The position numbers were made by a program, and so were the translations under genes. The notes beneath the pieces are model-generated. The model worked only from the letters and a program-made list of their open reading frames with translations. It did no database searches and was not told the DNA's origin. Of a stretch of 63,937 nucleotides of DNA, positions 52,611 through 63,937 are shown in pieces (position 1 is the first letter of the stretch; every line of letters starts with the position of its first letter). Origin of the DNA: Octopus bimaculoides (lineage: Eukaryota); contig NC_068993.1 of assembly GCF_001194135.2 (NCBI RefSeq), positions 55,173,925 through 55,237,861 of the forward strand. The letters are read 5' to 3'.

Positions 52611-53433
52611 TTAACCCTTTAGCATTTAAACTGGCCATATCAAGCAAAAATATTCTATCTGTTTTATGTTATTAAAACTGACAAGATCCAGCCTCTCACA
52701 CCTACCCTACAATGTCATTCTAGAAAAATACAAACACACCACTGAAATCTTGAAACTGCAACATAATGTATGATTAATTCAAAACAATGTGAATAAATAA
52801 GAATTACATTTGACAGAGTAATTTCAATGCTAAAGGATTAAGCCAGCCATATCAAATCCAATATTCTACCTGTTTTATGTTCAAGCTGGCTAGATCCATC
52901 CTATCACACTTACCCAACAATGTCACCCTAAATATACACTACAAAATAATACATGATTAATTCAAAGCGATGTGAATAAACAAGCATTACATTTGACAGA
53001 GAAATCTAAATGCTAAAGGGTTAAATAGCTATAAGCCTCTATATTCCTACTTACACCATTGCAACCATGGTCCCAGGTTTGTTCAAACCCAGGGTTGTAG
53101 TACCCAGTTATAGGTCAAATAGCAGAAGGTTGTCCTAAAGCTGGCCCCTAGACATGTATTACATAGACACCTAGTGTGCCCTGATGTCATATAAACCAGT
53201 CCTATGCCTAAGGTTTAGCCTCTCAAGATTTAAATTGACCATATCTAGACAAGACATTCCACCCATTTTGTTTAAATTGGCCAGATCCAACCTCTCACAC
53301 CTACCATACAACATCATTCTAGAATTACCCACATCATCAAAATCTCAAAGCTATGAGACGATGCACGATCAATTCACAACGTGAACAAATAAGCGTTACA
53401 TTTGACAGAGTAATCTGAATGCTGAATGGTTAA
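52611..53433 (-). mobile_element. Cluster of three TTAA-flanked MITE copies
   Basis: TTAA ends at 52611, 52838, 53021 and 53430; shared body gcattacatttgacagagtaat. Confidence 0.7.
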
Positions 53434-53544
53434 GTAGGGCCTGGGCCTGAAAGGTAGACTCAGAAGAGCAGGAAACAAGCCGGGTGAAATATAAATAAGC
53501 TGGCGGAAAAGCAATAGGAAACCATTGCAGTGTCTTTCCCCAAA

Positions 53545-53840
53545 ATAATTATGAACATTATTTACATCTGACGGATATTTGTCCTCATCTTTGTTGTTAA
53601 CACAACGTTTCGGCTGATATACCCTCCAGCCTTCGTCAGGTGTCTTGGGGAAATTTCGAAACCTGGATTCTCATTCCTGAGGTATTTTTCGTTGTCGTTG
53701 TTGTTGTTATTATTGTTATTGTTATTATTGTTATTATTATCATTATTATTATTATTATTATTCAGGTCACTGCCTGGAATCAAACTCGGAATCTTGGGTT
53801 AGTAGCCCGCTCTTAACCACTACGCCATATGCTCGTGGGC
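53545..53840 (-). mobile_element. tRNA-headed SINE with Penelope-like 3' tail
   Basis: Minus head TGGCGTAGTGGTTAAGAGC...GAGTTTGATTCC; (AAT/AAC)n middle; tail ctgacgaaggctggag..cagccgaaacg. Confidence 0.7.
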
Positions 53841-56259
53841 GTTATAAATCTTCAGACTTGGGTACTGAGATCAAGGATCAATAATGCCTAAAGGCATAGC
53901 ACAAGAAGGTGCAACAAGTACCAGTGACAAATGATATCATCATTCACTCAAAGTTTTGGTCAGTCCAAAGACTATAGTAGAAGACAATGGATCAAAGTGC
54001 TGTGCAGTGGGACTGAACCTGAAACCACATGGTTGCAAAGCATGCTTCTTAACCACACAGCCATGCCTATGCTCAACAAAGAAATTGATTTTTAAGTAAA
54101 GTTACTAGAAAAAACTTTGAGCATCACTGATTGAAAAATTTCAAAATCTCACAGAAAAATCCTTTAAGTAATTCTTCCACTTGTGACTAAATATCTTTGA
54201 GAAGTAGTTTTTATTCTTATTTCATAAGAAGACAAAATTTAGAAACTGGCTGGACAATGATTATGACAAATGAATTAATCCCAGCACCAAAATAGCCCAC
54301 ATCTCACAATTGAGTAAAAGCCATAGCAGTATTTCATCCATCCATCTTCATTGTCCACCATTCCTGCGAGGTCATGAGGATAGTTTCCTCAGGCACCTCT
54401 TCCACAGGGCCTTGTTAGAAACAACTGTCCTAACACTTTCTGGCTGGATTCCCAAGCATGAACAACTAAGACTATGGATCAGCTTGGAATGATTCTTGCT
54501 GGTGACATGTAAAAAAGCACCCAATACACTCTATGGAGTGGTTGGCATTAGGAAAGGCATCCAGCCATAGAAACCAAGCCAAAACAGATTAAAGCCTGGA
54601 ACATCTCTCAGGCTTACCAGCCCCAGTCAAACCATATTTCCAGCCAGCATGGAAAAAGGACACTAAATGATGATGATGATTATAATGTCCATAGTAGTGG
54701 AGCTGTGACCTTTCAATGCAGAAAAATAGTGGCTCAACCATGAGAGACTCAAGAGACTCCCTGACCTCTGAGCTACACACTATGCTGAGTAATTTTACAG
54801 CAGTATCAAATGGTTTCATTAGTAATACCTTGGTACTGACATTTTAATTTTGAAAATTTTTTAATTTAAAATTTTGCTTTTGACATTAAAACAAAAAATA
54901 TTTGATTTGTCAGTTTGACTTCTTAATTTTGATTTTTTTTTTTTTTAGCCTTTAGATCAAAAGGCGTGAGAATGATTTTGAAATCTCAAACAGGTGTGAG
55001 TGTCCAAAAAAAGGTTAAGAACCATATTCTCATGAAACACATCACTGCCACCACGGGACGAAGGTGTGGGGTGGCTTATCTAGCATAAGTCTTTAAACTG
55101 GGAACCAGCAACTTTTTTTCAAAAAGAGGGCCGCATGAGATATGACTCACCATCAGGCTGGCTGCGCCACTAATAGAATTCAAAATAATCTTTCACTGAT
55201 GTGCCATTCTAAAAGACCTGAGGGTACCCCAAAACTGTAGTTTGCCCATGGCTATAACTTCACTCATTTCCCTTCTCCCCCAAACAATACACCACCACAT
55301 CTGACCCTGTGGGACCTATATAGCTATAAGCTTCTATAACCCACCATCTACACCACCATCACAATCATTGTCACTCTGGGGCCTAAATAACTGCCGCTGC
55401 CGCCTATTTCACCCATTAACAAGGACGCAATTGTTGTTATTATAGTTGATGGCGGCATAGATGGAGAAGGACAAAAACCCGAAAGATAGACAGAAGAGAA
55501 AGAGAGAGAGAGAGAAAGACGAGAGGAAAAAAGAAGTAAGAATGGAAGATAGAAAGAGGTAGGGGGAGGAGGAGAAATATGAGAAAAATTGAAGTAATAG
55601 GACACAGGCATTTTGTAGCAGAGGGAGGGAGTGTGTTAGCTAGAACAGCTTTAAACTGGAATGTCAAATATCTTATACTATGGTGGTGGTGGCGGTGCTA
55701 TAGTAGTGATTCTTTAGCCCCAGGTCAGCTATATCTGTGATAAAGTGAGCCTATGATCAAAAGCTTTCTAGCTGTAGCCATCCTGACATTTTAGGGATAT
55801 TGTCTATGACTACATTCTCCTATGTCTCATTCTCTTATTTCTTAAGAGGAAGTAAGGTGTGATTTGTAGGAAATGTGACTGCTATTTCTAGCAAGTCGAA
55901 TGACCACGTACAGGCTCCTTGATATGGCAGTGCCTAGTAATGTAGTTTTATAGTATAGACCAGTGATAAGGTGTTGGTGCTAGTTGTATAGTGATGCTGC
56001 TATCAAGTAGTAGTAGTATCTAACAGTGTAATAAGGATAATCATCTGGCAGAATCGGTAGAGCATCTGAAAAATGTCTTACAGTATTTAGTTATGGCCCC
56101 TTACATTCAGACCCTCCCTAAGGTCAACTTTGCATTTCATCCAGGGGTTAATGTAATCAACCATTTCCTTGCTTCACATTAGGAGCCTTGTGCTTATATA
56201 AGAAATCAATATTAGGTATATACACTTATTAATATTAAGTATATATATACATATATAAA

Positions 56260-56860
56260 GCAGTGAGCTGGCAGAATCATTAATATGCCAGTAAAAATGC
56301 TTAGCAACATGTGTATGTTTTGAGTTCAAATTCCACCAAGGTCGACTTTGCTTTTCAGCATTCATTTTGGAGTCGATAAAATAAGTAACAGTTGATCATT
56401 AGGGGCCGATGTAATCGACTTAACCCCCTCAATCGAAATTGCTGGCATTGTGCCAAAATTCGAAACCAACATTAAATATATATCAAGGTGGTGAGTAGGC
56501 AGAATTGTTCCATCGTCACATTCTGAGTTCAAATTCCACCAAGGTCGACTTTGCTTTTCAGCATTTTGGGGTCGATAAAATAAGTAGCAGTTGATCACTG
56601 GGGGTCGATGCAATCGACTTAACCCCTTCAATCGAAATTGCTGGCATTGTGCCAAAATTCGAAACCAACATTAAATATATATCAAAGTGGTGAGTTGGCA
56701 GAATTGTTCCATCGTCACATTCTGAGTTCAAATTCCACCGAGGTCGACTTTACCTTTTACCCTTTCAGGGTCAATAAAATAAGTACCAGTTGGGGTCGAT
56801 GTAATTGACTTAACCCCCTCCCCTGAAATTGCTGGCCTTGAGCTAAAATTTGAAACTAAT
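56260..56860 (+). repeat. Tandem array of a ~199-203 bp family B-derived unit (3 copies)
   Basis: ttctgagttcaaattccacc..ggtcgactt starts near 56318, at 56521 and at 56720; spacer sequence is shared between units. Confidence 0.85.
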
Positions 56861-56894
56861 ATTATGTATATATACTATCTTTTCTTTTTTCTTT

Positions 56895-57255
56895 TATCAT
56901 TTACTCATTTTAGTCATTAGACTGCGGCCATGCTGGGGCACTGCCTAAGAGAATTTTTATTTGAATGAATTGACCCCTGTACTCATTATTTTTGTAGTCT
57001 GGTACTTATTTTATCTGTCTTTTGCCAAACTGCTAAGTTACTGGAACATAAACACACCAACACCTGTTGTCAAGCAATGGTGGGCACAAACAAAGACAAA
57101 CAAACATAGCAATAAATATATACAATGGGCTTCTTTCAATTTCCGTCAACCAAATCCTCTCACAAACTTTTGGTCAGCCCTAGGCTATAGTAGAAGAAAC
57201 TTGCCCAAGTTGCCACGCAGTGGGACTGAACCCGGAACCATGTGATTGGGAAGCA
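56895..57255 (-). mobile_element. Family A SINE
   Basis: Reverse copy. Confidence 0.8.
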
Positions 57256-57834
57256 CAGTGGTTGTGTCTAGTTGAAAAGTGGTGTATTAGTGTTGCAGTG
57301 TTAGGCTGAAGTGGTGCAAGGATAGTGTGGTGGTGGTATGCAGCCCCAGGTTAGCTCTGATGAAGCAGAACTGTAACCAAAGTCCAGATTAGACCTAATA
57401 AAGATTATCAGCAAAGATGTCCGGACCGTCAATCAAGGATTACATTCTCTGACATGTCCTTTGTTTGAAGACATGAGGACTTGATTTGAGAAGCATGGTT
57501 GCTATTTCTAGCAGGTTGAGCCACAAAATAATAATATTGATGTTACCCTCAGGCTGGTCCTGATTGAGTATACAAATCTAAAAATCAAAGACACTCCACC
57601 CATGACCACCTTCAAGTTTTCTTATATGTATGAAACCCTGGAACACATTATTTGATGTATCTTTTTTCTTTAAGATAGCATAATTTGATTTGAAGGAGAT
57701 TTGGCTGCTATTTCTAGCAAGACAAGCAACCATGCAGAGACCCCCCCCCTCATTGGCTTTGTGTCTTGTGGTATGGTTGAGATGTTTATAACTGATGCAT
57801 GTAGTACATTGTGTATGGAATGGTATGGTATGGT

Positions 57835-57996
57835 GTGGCTGTGTGGTAACAAGTCTGCTTCCCAACCAAATGGTTCTGGGTTCAGTCCCACTGCATGGCA
57901 CCTTGGGCAAGCGTCTTCTACTATAGTCTCAGGCCAACCAAAGCCTTGTGAGTAGATTTGGTAGACAAAAACTGAAAAAAGCACATTGTATACATA

Positions 57997-58037
<41 letters not shown>

Positions 58038-58245
58038 ATGTCTGTTTGTCCCACAGAACTGCTTGACAACTGGTGTTGGTGTGTTTATGTCCCTGTAACT
58101 TTTGGAGAAAGTAAGTGATAAAAAAAAATACCAGGCTCAAAAACAAAATAAGTACAGGGGTTGATTCGATTGACTAAAATTCTTCAAGGTGGTGCCCCAG
58201 CATAGCTGCAGTCACATGACTGAAGCATGTAGGAGATAAAAGATA
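57835..58245 (+). mobile_element. Family A SINE
   Basis: Forward copy with an internal (GT)n. Confidence 0.8.
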
Positions 58246-59040
58246 TGGTATAATACAATATGGTATCATGACTGCTATGTATAATATATTGTAGTACTCT
58301 ATAGTGTTGAGTATAGTGTCTAGTGGTATGGTTTGTTACGGTATGTGATGTTGTGATATAAAGTCATACGGCATTATAACTACCGTGTAAAGGCAGGGAG
58401 TTGGCAGAATTGTTAGAATGCCGGACAAAATGCTAAGTGACATTTCATCCCAAGTTCAAATTCCAGTGAGGTCAACTTTGCCGTTCATCCTTTCAGGGGT
58501 TGGTGAAACAAGAACCAGTTAAGCAATCAACTATACCCTCCCCCAAAATTTCAGGCCTCCTGCCTAAGGCAGAAAGGATTATAACTGCTGTGTATAATGT
58601 ATGGTGATGCGGTATGGTTTTAATACCATGTTGTATTATGGAATGCTGGCGTGATATTATGAATACATGATATGGCATGGCGTTGTGATAGTAGCATAAA
58701 TGTATCATCATATAGTGTGTTGTGTTGTCATATTCTATGTGTTGTGGCTGCTGTGTAAGGCTTGTTTTATTATATATGTATATGTATTATTAATTTTTTT
58801 CTCCTTTATCTTTTACTTGTTTCAGTCATTAGACTGTGGCCATGCTGGGGCAATGCCTTGAAGAATTTTTAGCTGAATGAATTGACCCCAGTATATATGC
58901 ATGCATGTATGTATGTATGTATGTATTATAGATATATATGTATCATAAATATATATATATATATTAATACTATATCTATTTTTCTATCTATCTATCTATC
59001 TATTTATCTATCTATCTATTTATATATATAATCATAAATA

Positions 59041-59248
59041 TACAGGGATTAGCATTGAGTTGCTTCTCCAACATACTGAAAATTTAGAAATAGCAGTCAA
59101 AGAACTACTGGTTCTAAACTACAAATTTTTCTCTAAATGGATGGCCATCCATTTAGAGAAAAATTTGTAGTTTAGAACCAGTAGTTCTTTGACTGCTATT
59201 TCTAAATTTTCAGTATGTTGGAGAAGCAACTCAATGCTAATCCCTGTA
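59041..59248. repeat. Perfect 208-bp palindrome abutting a gap
   Basis: 104-bp arms, no loop, centre atgg|ccat at 59144/59145; Ns begin at 59249. Confidence 0.95.
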
Positions 59249-59692
59249 NNNNNNNNNNNNNNNNNNNNNNNNNNNNNNNNNNNNNNNNNNNNNNNNNNNN
59301 NNNNNNNNNNNNNNNNNNNNNNNNNNNNNNNNNNNNNNNNNNNNNNNNNNNNNNNNNNNNNNNNNNNNNNNNNNNNNNNNNNNNNNNNNNNNNNNNNNNN
59401 NNNNNNNNNNNNNNNNNNNNNNNNNNNNNNNNNNNNNNNNNNNNNNNNNNNNNNNNNNNNNNNNNNNNNNNNNNNNNNNNNNNNNNNNNNNNNNNNNNNN
59501 NNNNNNNNNNNNNNNNNNNNNNNNNNNNNNNNNNNNNNNNNNNNNNNNNNNNNNNNNNNNNNNNNNNNNNNNNNNNNNNNNNNNNNNNNNNNNNNNNNNN
59601 NNNNNNNNNNNNNNNNNNNNNNNNNNNNNNNNNNNNNNNNNNNNNNNNNNNNNNNNNNNNNNNNNNNNNNNNNNNNNNNNNNNNNNNNNNNN

Positions 59693-59752
<60 letters not shown>

Positions 59753-60450
59753 AATGCATTTAGTTATGTGTATTTGTGTACGTGTGTGAGTGTGCAATGT
59801 GTGTAGTTACATGACGGTATCTGTATATGTGTGTATATAAGTATATGTGTGTGCAGTGTGTGTAGATATGTGTATTTGTGAGTGTGTGTGTGTGTGTGTG
59901 TAGGTATGTGTTTGTGTGCATATGTGCAATGTGTGTAGTTATATGTCAGTATATGTGTATGTGTGTGTGCAATGTGTGTAGTTATGTGTGTAGGTATGTG
60001 TATGTGTTTGTGTGTGTGTGTGTGTGTGTGTAGGAATGTGTTTGTATGTGTTTGTGTGTGTGTGTGCAATATGTGTATGAATGCATGTATTTATGTGTGT
60101 TCATTAGTGTTAGTGTTTCTACTCATTTGTATGCGCGTGTGTGTGTATGGTTAAGTGTATATTTGCATGTAAAGTTGTGTGTGTGTGTGTGTGTGCGTGC
60201 GCACGCGTATGACATGAACTACTAACACACACACAGAACTAGAGTGGGAGGTGATGGGGGGAGATAAGAGTAGGAAACAATGTAATGCCAGATTGATGTA
60301 CTGGTTGTAGTAGTGGTAGTGGTGCTGATGCAGGCAATGGTTATGGTAGTGCTGGTGACAGAAGAGGTGGTTGCAGTATAAGCAACAGCAGCAGCAGTAG
60401 TAGTAGTAATAGTAGTGGTTGAAATGTCGTAGGTGGTGTTGATGTTGTGA

Positions 60451-60487
<37 letters not shown>

Positions 60488-60764
60488 TGTAATAGTAACG
60501 GAGATGGTGGTGGTGATAATGGTGATGATGGTGAACAGGGTGGTAGTGTTAGTGTTTCTAGTGCAGGTAGTGGTAGTGGTTGTGGTGTAGGATTAGGGTA
60601 CACTGCAATGGTGAGGCATGGTACTTGGTGGACATGTGCATTGGGGTGAATGGAGGGGAGTGGAGAGACAGTGGGGAAGGTGGTGACAGTGGTGGGTAGG
60701 ATGTAATTTTAAAATAGTTGTGAGTGTTTGAGAGAGATAGAGAGAAAGAAAGAGAGAGAGAGAG

Positions 60765-60801
<37 letters not shown>

Positions 60802-60879
60802 GAGAAGGAAAAGTAAGAAGTAGTGAAAAAAATGTAGGCAAAAATGTTGCTATGACAATAAACCACATACACACACATG

Positions 60880-60920
<41 letters not shown>
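59693..60920. repeat. Compound low-complexity block: (GT)n, (GTA/GGT)n, (GA)n, (AT)n
   Basis: Direct reading; gaps on both sides. Confidence 0.9.
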
Positions 60921-61767
60921 NNNNNNNNNNNNNNNNNNNNNNNNNNNNNNNNNNNNNNNNNNNNNNNNNNNNNNNNNNNNNNNNNNNNNNNNNNNNNNNN
61001 NNNNNNNNNNNNNNNNNNNNNNNNNNNNNNNNNNNNNNNNNNNNNNNNNNNNNNNNNNNNNNNNNNNNNNNNNNNNNNNNNNNNNNNNNNNNNNNNNNNN
61101 NNNNNNNNNNNNNNNNNNNNNNNNNNNNNNNNNNNNNNNNNNNNNNNNNNNNNNNNNNNNNNNNNNNNNNNNNNNNNNNNNNNNNNNNNNNNNNNNNNNN
61201 NNNNNNNNNNNNNNNNNNNNNNNNNNNNNNNNNNNNNNNNNNNNNNNNNNNNNNNNNNNNNNNNNNNNNNNNNNNNNNNNNNNNNNNNNNNNNNNNNNNN
61301 NNNNNNNNNNNNNNNNNNNNNNNNNNNNNNNNNNNNNNNNNNNNNNNNNNNNNNNNNNNNNNNNNNNNNNNNNNNNNNNNNNNNNNNNNNNNNNNNNNNN
61401 NNNNNNNNNNNNNNNNNNNNNNNNNNNNNNNNNNNNNNNNNNNNNNNNNNNNNNNNNNNNNNNNNNNNNNNNNNNNNNNNNNNNNNNNNNNNNNNNNNNN
61501 NNNNNNNNNNNNNNNNNNNNNNNNNNNNNNNNNNNNNNNNNNNNNNNNNNNNNNNNNNNNNNNNNNNNNNNNNNNNNNNNNNNNNNNNNNNNNNNNNNNN
61601 NNNNNNNNNNNNNNNNNNNNNNNNNNNNNNNNNNNNNNNNNNNNNNNNNNNNNNNNNNNNNNNNNNNNNNNNNNNNNNNNNNNNNNNNNNNNNNNNNNNN
61701 NNNNNNNNNNNNNNNNNNNNNNNNNNNNNNNNNNNNNNNNNNNNNNNNNNNNNNNNNNNNNNNNNNG

Positions 61768-62125
61768 AGCCGTGCGCTTTCGCGCAGCTCGCTTAAGTTC
61801 TTCATGCTGGATACGTGCTCTCTCAAAAGTGTCGATCCCCTCCTTAACCTGTTTCCTCCATCCATGGCGATGACAGGCATTGTTCTCCCAGTCAGTGTCC
61901 TGCATATCACAGGCCTTTAATGAGGACTTGACACAGTCCTTAAAGCGCAGCCTTGGTTTCTGCAAGAGTCTCCTTCCATTCACAAGTTCTCCATAGAGCA
62001 TCTGCTTAGGAATCCTGCTATCCTTCATTCTAATAAGGTGTCCAGTCCAACGTAACCGGTGCTTGTGCACCATTGCCTCAATACTCAAGATATCAGCTGT
62101 CCTCAGGTTCTGTGTGTCACGTCTT
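61768..62125 (-). mobile_element. RTE-clade LINE C-terminal region, open frame running into the gap
   Basis: HRLRWTGHLIRMKDSRIPKQMLYGEL..G.R...KPRLRFKDCVKSSLKAC. Confidence 0.9.
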
Positions 62126-62361
62126 ACGAATGAACCCTTTTGGACTGAATAGTGACTGGTGACGAGAAATGGGTTCTCTATAAAAAATGTCAAGCACTGA
62201 AGACAGTGGGTAGGGAAAGGAAAAACACTGCCACCCCAGACTAAAAAAGGTCTTCACCTACATAAGGTGTTGTTATCTGTTTGGTGGGATATGAAAGGTT
62301 TATTCCATCTTGAACTTTTAAACCCAAACCAAACGATAATAAAGGAGATCTACTGCAAGCA
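62126..62361 (+). mobile_element. Mariner transposase remnant
   Basis: IVTGDEKWVLY, then LHLHKVLLSVWWDMKG...LLNPNQTI..EIYC.Q, with frameshifts and a stop. Confidence 0.85.
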
Positions 62362-62654
62362 AGGAAAAAAACAAGGGAAAAAAAAAAGCTCCTTTGAATA
62401 AGGTGAGGTGGGGAGTATTTAAGAGACAGGGACAGGTAGTTTTATGCCAGGTGTTCAATGGAAGTTAAAATAATATGATAAAGGAACAAGTACAAGTATC
62501 TTGCTATACAGATAGCAATTTTTCTTTTTTTTTATAATATGATTCTACTCAGTTCAGTTTGTGTTTGTTATTTTTATACATTAAAGAAGCTTATACTAAT
62601 AATATAAGAGTGCACATGCACGCACACACACACGTACAAAGGCACTTAACTAAC

Positions 62655-62713
62655 TTCATAAGTGCTTTGGCATGGAACTCTCGGCTCTTTGAGTCACTGA
62701 TGTGGCTTCTTGG
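62655..62713 (-). CDS. Upstream exon of the same unidentified protein (PRSHISDSKSREFHAKALM+AA)
   Basis: Strong acceptor ctttttcttcttttatttatag, donor GAA|GTTAGT; only one open frame; its phase-2 end joins the 50440 exon as ...KALMNEESSIL... Confidence 0.6.
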
Positions 62714-63239
62714 CTATAAATAAAAGAAGAAAAAGACTATGTATTATGTTTCATTTTCCCATTTGTACAACTTATCCTCTGTGTGTGTATGTATATACAC
62801 CTATATATCTATTGACAAACATACACGTTTTATATACACCTATATATCTATAGACAAACTCACCCAAGCTGAAAAGAACATTTGTTTCCAAGGAGAAACC
62901 TCACAACCAACTTCCTAACCATCTCTACCTGCAACTAACAATACACACACGAGTCCTAATTCCTGGCACCCTGACCTTGTGCCAAAATTAGAAATTACTC
63001 TTATCATTATGAAGAGAGACTGATGAATGGTTGAATCAGAAGAGCAACAGACAAAACAGTTGAATCAATACAACAGGGCTCTGAATGGATGAAACTGGAA
63101 GAGTAGCAGAAGACAAAATGGAAGAATCAGTAAGAAAGGGTACAAAATAACACAACTGGTAGAACATAGAACAAACTACTTTGTGGTATTAGGTTACATT
63201 TGGCCTGTTTATGCTTTTAGTGCCTAGAGTAGAAATAAT

Positions 63240-63670
63240 ATTATAAAATAAGTACCAGTTATGCACTGGGGTCGATGTAATGGACTAGCCCCCTTCTCCC
63301 AAACTTTTCAAGGCCTTATGCCTAGAGTAGAAATAATTACACTATAAAATGAGTAACCAGTTGAGCACTGAGGTCGATGTAACCAACTTAATAAGCCTCC
63401 CTTGAAATTGCTGGCCTTGTGCGAAAATTTGGAACCATCATCATCATTATTATTGCAAGCTGACAGAATAGTTATCATTCCAGGCAAAATGCTTAGTGGC
63501 ATTTTGCTCGTCTTTACATTCTGAGTTCAAATTCCACCAAGGTCAACTTTACCAGTCATCCTTTCGGGGTCAATAAAATAAAGTACCAGTTATTCATTGG
63601 AGTTGATGCAATCAACTTACCCCTCAACCTGAAATTGGTGGCCGTGTGCCAAAATTTGAAACCATAATAA
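63240..63670 (+). mobile_element. Family B SINE tandem pieces followed by (AAT)n
   Basis: Same motifs as other family B copies. Confidence 0.75.
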
Positions 63671-63675
63671 TAGTG

Positions 63676-63739
<64 letters not shown>

Positions 63740-63937
63740 AGCTACAACATCCTTAACTGGACACTAAACGAACTATGTAAAATAGACAGGAAAACAAAAA
63801 AAAATAATGACAGGATATAGGATGCACCACCCAAAATCTGACATAGACAGGCTATATATACAACGCACAGAAGGTGGCAGGGGTCTTATACAGCTAGAAA
63901 ACTATTATAAAATAACCACCATAGGACTGCAAAAATA

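Noticed and set aside
53761-53840. tRNA gene
   Set aside because: A and B boxes are present, but it continues into a SINE body with no clean acceptor stem. The same applies to family A/B heads.
56318-56800. CRISPR-like regular repeats
   Set aside because: Eukaryotic SINE-derived tandem units with near-identical rather than unique spacers.
62126-62193. Apparent N-terminus MTFFIENPFLVTSH... of the 447-aa ORF
   Set aside because: It is the antisense of the mariner IVTGDEKW segment, not part of the RTE protein.
16300-63937. A cyclin G paralogue next to CCNI, as with vertebrate CCNI-CCNG2
   Set aside because: I found no second cyclin-box exon on either strand; it could only lie in gaps or outside the window.

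Overview
Eukaryotic, AT-rich, repeat-dense genomic DNA with eight N-gaps, mostly flanked by microsatellites. The SINE/LINE families point to an octopus genome (inference). The one confidently identified gene is cyclin I (CCNI-like): minus strand, 6 coding exons at 4764-10556, 328 aa, with a likely promoter near 16.1-16.3 kb. A second, unidentified minus-strand protein is represented by two phase-compatible exons (62655-62713 and 50035-50440). Weaker splice signals suggest a divergent transcript pair from about 28.1-28.4 kb: a minus-strand small-ORF/lncRNA-like unit and a plus-strand multi-exon unit at about 35-43 kb. The rest is tRNA-derived SINEs, RTE-LINE, Penelope, Tc1, mariner and hAT remnants, TTAA-flanked MITEs and microsatellites. 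Most ORF-track entries are repeat or gap artefacts. I see no convincing novel multi-gene system. The best leads are the orphan spliced units and a perfect 208-bp palindrome that may be an artefact. Repeat boundaries are approximate and all homology calls are from recall, not database searches.
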